Part shown: positions 58,991-64,000 of the stretch, one piece after another
Layout: each line of letters starts with the position of its first letter
How positions within the stretch are numbered: position 1 is the first letter of the stretch
Made by a program: the position numbers and the translations under genes
Virus record (IMG/VR): IMGVR_UViG_3300023184_004198
Coordinates: 148,615-212,614 of that record
Direction: 5' to 3' (one strand)
DNA: 64,000 nt
The notes under the pieces: model-generated
Told to the model about the DNA's origin: nothing
Seen by the model: the letters and a program-made list of their open reading frames with translations, nothing else
Databases searched by the model: none

Positions 58991-59803
58991 ATGAAGAAAT
59001 TAATGATAGCAGGATGCAGCTTCAGTGCTGTGAGCAAAACGTTGCCAGGTACATCATGGAGTGAAGTGTTGGCCTCTAAACTTGGCGATTGGGAATTGAT
59101 CAATTTAGCACGTCAAGGCTGTAGCAATGGCGGCATTAGAATTCAAATAGAAGAAATACGCAAACAGCGTCCAGACTTTGCTGTGATAACTCCCACGTTT
59201 TGGGACAGAATGGAAATACCCGCCAAGTCAGTACCTTACGATTGGAATCAAAAACCCAGTTCAGGAGAGAATCCTCCACTAGAACAACACCTGCAGAACA
59301 GAGCCTTGGGCAATGGCTATCGCAGAGAAGATGGCATACGCAATGTCAACTATGGTCGAGAACCGTCAAACATGATCTGCGAAACTATCTTTACACTGGC
59401 AGAAAACTTTGATCATCCTTACAGAATGGGACGCATCACCCGACAATCACAAACAGGTGTGCGGCATTGGATTGACAGCATCTATGACAATGCTTGGAAA
59501 AAACAGTGTGATGAATGGATCATGCGAGATGGCATTACAATGATGTACCTGGATGGAATAAAATTTATTGTGTGTCCCAACTTGCTGTGGCCATTTGATC
59601 CTGACAATCAAACACAATGGCGTGATTCATTTCCAGCATTGATTCCTGATCACTATATCAATCTGGATCCTGCACAGTCACCGCAGGCCATATGTGGCAA
59701 TAATCCATTTAGTGGAGAAGATCCTGGCTATCACTCAAATCCAGTAGGACAAGAAATCATTGCAGAACATTTTTATCAAACGTGGAACGCTTACTTCAAG
59801 TGA
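58991..59803 (+). CDS. SGNH-hydrolase-like protein
   Basis: GCSFS, NLARQGCSN, D.GYH....GQ. Confidence 0.65.
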   Translation: MKKLMIAGCSFSAVSKTLPGTSWSEVLASKLGDWELINLARQGCSNGGIRIQIEEIRKQRPDFAVITPTFWDRMEIPAKSVPYDWNQKPSSGENPPLEQHLQNRALGNGYRREDGIRNVNYGREPSNMICETIFTLAENFDHPYRMGRITRQSQTGVRHWIDSIYDNAWKKQCDEWIMRDGITMMYLDGIKFIVCPNLLWPFDPDNQTQWRDSFPALIPDHYINLDPAQSPQAICGNNPFSGEDPGYHSNPVGQEIIAEHFYQTWNAYFK

Positions 59804-60876
59804 CTGATTACAAACTGCTGTAGTTCTTGAGTCTTTTCTTGTTCAAATTCATACAGTCTGTTGTGATTGTGATCCAGTTTAGGCCGTAGTTTTTGCAATA
59901 GTGCTGGCAAGTCTTGATTGCACAACCACTCAACTTGTTCAAATGCACCACTCCAACGACGTACATCATCTATCTCAGTGTCATACGTTTCGTCTATGAC
60001 ATCACCAAAGGTTTCAAATCCCCAGTCCCGGTATTGCTGTAAGAAGTTTTGTATGGCAAACACCACAAACAGTCTACGAGCTTGAAAACACTTGGCAGTT
60101 TTTTCAGCAGACAAAAAAATACGATCCTTGCCCAGGGTTTCACATACCACACTGAACCAAGAGCGATTGTAAATTTCCCAAGGCACTAGACCACTCACAG
60201 AGTTGTCCATGTCTTTTTTGACTTCCCACTCAGGATTTAAATGCGGACTCACATAGGGATATTGTAAAGTAGTGTTGTTGAATAACTTGGCCACACGTTC
60301 AGGCGTCGAATCAATCCAGTGTCCCACAAACAAGTCTCTGTAGGTCACAATACCACGATCCAGCAAGTCTGATTGTTGCATGTTCAACATCACAAAATCT
60401 CTGTGCTCACGCCTAGCACCCAGCAAACATTCAAATGCATAAGGACGTTGTAGTGGAAAATCTTCACGTGGTTGATTCCAACGCAGGAAATTGAAACTCC
60501 AGGCTGGTCTGTAAATTACTCGTGGATCAGCAGGTTCATCTAGCCACACACCTGCTGTGTGCAACAACCAGTTTTCTACACCTGTGGTTTCAATCCACGC
60601 AATGAGTTCTTTTTTACTGTGCCACTCAATGTCTGTGAACAACACTAAATCAAATTGGTGCAAGGGCAACTGCATGAATTGTTCATTGTATTCATGCTTG
60701 TTGGGCAGGCTGTAAAACACAGGCATCACTGCTATCTTATGAGGTTGTGTCAATGCAGTATCCATGTCCACAATCTGATCGTAACCAAAGCCCCATTCAG
60801 TGGCCTGATAGCCTGGAGAAAATACTTTAAGAGAGGCGTGCAAGTCGTTCACGTATCTTGTCCATGTAGTAATCAA
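59791..60876 (-). CDS. Putative GT-B glycosyltransferase
   Basis: FSVVCET...FLSAEKT.K....R.F...GFETF...IDE.YD; start may be GTG 60852. Confidence 0.6.
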   Translation of the reverse strand: MITTWTRYVNDLHASLKVFSPGYQATEWGFGYDQIVDMDTALTQPHKIAVMPVFYSLPNKHEYNEQFMQLPLHQFDLVLFTDIEWHSKKELIAWIETTGVENWLLHTAGVWLDEPADPRVIYRPAWSFNFLRWNQPREDFPLQRPYAFECLLGARREHRDFVMLNMQQSDLLDRGIVTYRDLFVGHWIDSTPERVAKLFNNTTLQYPYVSPHLNPEWEVKKDMDNSVSGLVPWEIYNRSWFSVVCETLGKDRIFLSAEKTAKCFQARRLFVVFAIQNFLQQYRDWGFETFGDVIDETYDTEIDDVRRWSGAFEQVEWLCNQDLPALLQKLRPKLDHNHNRLYEFEQEKTQELQQFVISHLK

Positions 60877-61711
60877 ATCGTACCACTTCTTGTTTGTCCC
60901 AGTCCATTTGCAAACTGAATCTTAGATCTGGCACAGCATCACACACAGCAGTGTGATAGTCAGGATCAAAGTCGCCAATGGCTTCCATGTTGTCGTAGTG
61001 ATATCTGCGTTGGAACTCCATGGTTATGGGTCTGCGACTCATGGTCCAGTTGCCAATGAATTCGTACTCTGAGAACCAGCGTATGAGTTCACCATTGCCC
61101 CAGGGTGGTACAGTTGGCTCAGGTGGACATGAATCAATCATGGCATCCAGCCATTTCTTTTGATGTCGCTCCTCTAAGAATTTTACTAAATCATTAAAGT
61201 CTTGTTTGAGCACAGGCACGTTTTCTGAAATAAAGCAGTGTGGAGTGAGTCGTTCAAAGCCCAGGCCGTTCTTGATACTTTCATAATAACCCCAACTGTG
61301 GCGTTCATTTTCCAACACTTGGAAATTCAACACACCATCTTTCATGGGCTCGTAAGGTTTAATCAGCAAACAATCACAGTCGTGCATGATCATCAAGTCA
61401 TAGTTGAGATAGTCTAGAAAAGCAAACTTGATGGCTTGTTGTCGCAACCAGTATGTTCTGTAGTCACCATCGAACACCCAGTTGTTGACTTCGGGATAGA
61501 TACGATATATTTCACTATCAGGTGCATAGTCTAGTTTGGAGGTATCAATGCCATACTTTTCAAACACTGGCCACAGTTCTTCTTTGGGCACCGGGCTGGC
61601 AATACAGGTGCGATCAATGCCAATGAGATTGTTGGCAAACTCAGGTTGAAGGCTCATGATGGCATGTGGCACACGATATCGTGCTAGGTATAAAATTCTT
61701 GCTGAAGTCAT
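60827..61711 (-). CDS. DUF6492-like putative glycosyltransferase
   Basis: WLRQQAIK, DCD, FSEYE..GNW; AAGGA RBS. Confidence 0.6.
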   Translation of the reverse strand: MTSARILYLARYRVPHAIMSLQPEFANNLIGIDRTCIASPVPKEELWPVFEKYGIDTSKLDYAPDSEIYRIYPEVNNWVFDGDYRTYWLRQQAIKFAFLDYLNYDLMIMHDCDCLLIKPYEPMKDGVLNFQVLENERHSWGYYESIKNGLGFERLTPHCFISENVPVLKQDFNDLVKFLEERHQKKWLDAMIDSCPPEPTVPPWGNGELIRWFSEYEFIGNWTMSRRPITMEFQRRYHYDNMEAIGDFDPDYHTAVCDAVPDLRFSLQMDWDKQEVVRFDYYMDKIRERLARLS

Positions 61712-61718
61712 ACGTTCC

Positions 61719-62708
61719 TTAGGTAATTGAGCAACTGTTGACACATTGATACAGCCTGCCGTCAGCAATGCTGCTTCTGGACCAGGTCTGTTCCACACGA
61801 TCAAACCACTCCAAGCAATGCGCCAAATCATATTTAAGTGCGTTGTTTTCTTGCACCAATTCTTTTGTCTGTGAATTGCCAGCATGATTCATAGTGTCAG
61901 GATAAAAACCCAGGTAACAACAAGGATATACTGAACCGTCAGCGGCTAGGTATATTTCCTTTTTGAGCTTGTGTTGACAACGTAGTTTTAACTCTGGTGT
62001 GTCTTTGTGCGACTGTACAGTGTGCGGATCAAACCATGTGATGTGACTTTGTAATAGGTCTTTTATGAGTGGCACATGTCCGCTGGGGTCTGTGCCAATC
62101 CTGTGACTGTATTCTCCTGACCTAGTGAACACTGGTCCAGAATCTCTGCCATCGTAGATGTTTTCAAACGCCGCAAATCCCATGTCCTGGGCCAGTTGTT
62201 GACATTGTTGTTCTTGATGCCTGTTATGATCAAACGGAACAAAACGCCATACTGCACGGCCACCTGCGCCAATAAACGCCTGTGCATTGGCTGTGACTCG
62301 GTTCCAATCAGTGTCTTGTCTGTACAAGGCATGAGTATCTGCCAGTCCATCCAAGGCAAATCCCACTGTAACTCCAGGCAAGGCCAGTCTGCGCCACCAG
62401 TCTTGATTGCGTAAACTACCATTGGTGTTGATGTTTATTTTGATACTGTGCGCAACAAGGTACTCGACTATTTCCACAGCGTCACGAGCACTTGCAAAGT
62501 CTCCCAGGTTGCCGTTGAAATTGGCATGTGTTAATTGTGAAATTACGGGACCGACAATGTGTTGAAATTGTGCCAAACTCAGTTCTACATCAGGGTAACC
62601 AGAGTTGTAGTCCATGCCACGATAGTTGCGCATGCACATAGGGCAGCGAGCATTGCACCGGGTAGTGAGTTCCACGTGCACCTGGCGTATTTGATCTAAC
62701 TTTAGCAT
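61719..62708 (-). CDS. Radical SAM protein with Twitch/SPASM-like C-terminus
   Basis: [27 protein letters not shown]; TATAAATA-N4-ATG. Confidence 0.88.
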   Translation of the reverse strand: MLKLDQIRQVHVELTTRCNARCPMCMRNYRGMDYNSGYPDVELSLAQFQHIVGPVISQLTHANFNGNLGDFASARDAVEIVEYLVAHSIKININTNGSLRNQDWWRRLALPGVTVGFALDGLADTHALYRQDTDWNRVTANAQAFIGAGGRAVWRFVPFDHNRHQEQQCQQLAQDMGFAAFENIYDGRDSGPVFTRSGEYSHRIGTDPSGHVPLIKDLLQSHITWFDPHTVQSHKDTPELKLRCQHKLKKEIYLAADGSVYPCCYLGFYPDTMNHAGNSQTKELVQENNALKYDLAHCLEWFDRVEQTWSRSSIADGRLYQCVNSCSIT

Positions 62709-62712
62709 GGGA

Positions 62713-62740
62713 TATTTATAGGCTGCTATTTTGCTAAATA
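62713..62740. promoter_or_regulatory. Divergent pair of late-type promoters
   Basis: TATAAATA on - (62713-62720) and TAAATA on + (62735-62740), each 4 nt from an ATG. Confidence 0.65.
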
Positions 62741-62744
62741 CAAT

Positions 62745-63050
62745 ATGCAAACACATTTTGTCCGAGTTGAATGCGATGTCACAGCCAAGGTACATGGTCA
62801 GCCACTGCGTTACCGAGCTTATGTAAACAATGAACTGTTTGTTGAACGCACCTGGATCTGGACTGACTGCTATTTGGAAGAGTCATTTCAAATCCAAGCC
62901 GGACCGGGAGTGTATCCCATACGATTTGAAACTGTGGACGAAGCCAATGGTCGCATCAAAGTGCGCAATCACAGAATTGTAACAGGCCCAGGCAGAATAA
63001 TAGAGTATCAAGGCGAACCAAGTTTGGAGATATCAGATGCAAGTACGTGA
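62745..63050 (+). CDS. Hypothetical protein
   Basis: YR.YVN.ELF.ERTWIW; 101 aa. Confidence 0.7.
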   Translation: MQTHFVRVECDVTAKVHGQPLRYRAYVNNELFVERTWIWTDCYLEESFQIQAGPGVYPIRFETVDEANGRIKVRNHRIVTGPGRIIEYQGEPSLEISDAST

Positions 63051-63255
63051 AATTGTAGAATCAGCGTCAGCAGGCGCCAGCAGTGCAGGCGGTATTGCAC
63101 CTGTGTCCATGCCCATGGGTACGTTATCAAGATCTGGCGGTTCCCTGCTGACAGGTAAATATACAACAGGTTCGGATCCAACACCGAATACACCTAAAGA
63201 ATACAAGAGGAATAATGATGCTCGCGGACAGTTTAAAAACTCTATTAGCAACTGA
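63037..63255 (+). CDS. Small leader-bearing protein
   Basis: MQVREIVE|SASAGASSAG; GGAG RBS. Confidence 0.6.
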   Translation: MQVREIVESASAGASSAGGIAPVSMPMGTLSRSGGSLLTGKYTTGSDPTPNTPKEYKRNNDARGQFKNSISN

Positions 63256-63661
63256 ATATGCTTTCAGTATCAAGGCCCAGTTGTTTCACTGGAATGTGGA
63301 AGGCCCTGATTTTGCACAACTGCACGAGTTTTTTGGCAACTTGTACGAAGAAGTCTACAACGGCAGCATAGATAAAACTGCCGAATACATTCGTGCCATG
63401 GGCGACTATGCACCAGGCAGTTTTGAACGCTTTGGTGAACTCAGTATCATACAGGGTCAAACAAAGATTCCACGTGCCCGACTCATGATTGAAGAATTGT
63501 TGGCCAACAATGGTCAATTGCTAGAACTACTCAACGAGAATTTTGCCATTGCTGAACAAGAAAATCAACAAGGCATTGCTAACTTTATTGCAGAACGCAT
63601 TGATGCACATCAGAAACATGCATGGATGCTGAGAAGTTTCTTGAAAGACCAACGAGCATGA
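63215..63661 (+). CDS. dps: Dps DNA-protection ferritin-like protein
   Basis: FHWNVEG..F..LH.FF...YEE....D..AE.IR; H.K.AWML. Confidence 0.92.
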   Translation: MMLADSLKTLLATEYAFSIKAQLFHWNVEGPDFAQLHEFFGNLYEEVYNGSIDKTAEYIRAMGDYAPGSFERFGELSIIQGQTKIPRARLMIEELLANNGQLLELLNENFAIAEQENQQGIANFIAERIDAHQKHAWMLRSFLKDQRA

Positions 63662-64000
63662 GCAACGACATCCGTGATATAATACGACGCCTGGACATGG
63701 TGGAGGGACGACTGAGCCCTGCTCAGCAAAAGGTACCACAACTGCCTGCGCTGTTCAAACCACACGGTATTCGAGCACTAGGCAGCAAAACAGATCCTGC
63801 TCATCCAATGGACGGATACATGGTTGGTGACTCAGTAGAGCCAAAGCGTACTGCTCTTGAAGAAGCCATGGCTGAGATTGAAGAAGACATGCTCAGCAAG
63901 GTCAAGAAAGACTTGACACACTATCTGGACCGACTAGAAAAGAAAGTGCGTGTTGATCGCGCATTAAAAGACAAGGCCTTGGATGCTGTGGAAAAACGTC
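63658..64000 (+). CDS. Partial leader-bearing hypothetical protein, runs off the window
   Basis: MSNDIRDIIRRLDMVE|GRL...; open to the end. Confidence 0.6.
   Translation, partial: MSNDIRDIIRRLDMVEGRLSPAQQKVPQLPALFKPHGIRALGSKTDPAHPMDGYMVGDSVEPKRTALEEAMAEIEEDMLSKVKKDLTHYLDRLEKKVRVDRALKDKALDAVEKR

Noticed and set aside
1-64000. Bacterial chromosome or prophage interpretation; alternative genetic code
   Set aside because: Host-like genes are interspersed with virion genes and phage-type promoters; no integrase, att site, rRNA or tRNA seen; long ORFs are intact under the standard bacterial code

Overview
A 64-kb segment of a large lytic dsDNA phage (T4-like or jumbo myovirus style). It has tightly packed, mostly + strand genes, near-consensus sigma70 early promoters and a recurring TAAATA late-promoter-like motif. 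Modules, left to right: (1) small early genes, Hc1-like protein, NadE, a ~310-nt highly structured non-coding region, SleB-type wall hydrolase, IF-1, Fe/Mn-SOD, ErpA; (2) tail fibre/baseplate genes, one carrying a Hint domain plus a CFI-box-like C-terminus; (3) a truncated DnaE fragment, GroES, clamp loader, radical SAM protein, HAD phosphatase, PhoH; (4) a metabolic cluster (methyltransferase, sulfotransferase-like, APS-kinase-like, Bug/TctC binding protein, diiron ferritin-like enzyme, GATase); (5) lysis genes (spanins, GH19 endolysin, holin), DnaJ, ClpA; (6) a block of proteins with T4 internal-protein-like N-terminal leaders ending in hydrophobic-X-E, including a 1638-aa multi-enzyme polyprotein; (7) glycan-modification genes and Dps. 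The Bug protein suggests a betaproteobacterial host (inference). The best candidate novel system is a capsid-targeting-leader / Glu-specific protease 'cargo' system that would package SOD, other enzymes, a beta-barrel-like protein and basic Cys micro-domains into the virion. I saw no tRNA, rRNA, CRISPR array or integrase. All calls come from reading motifs by eye; no searches were run.
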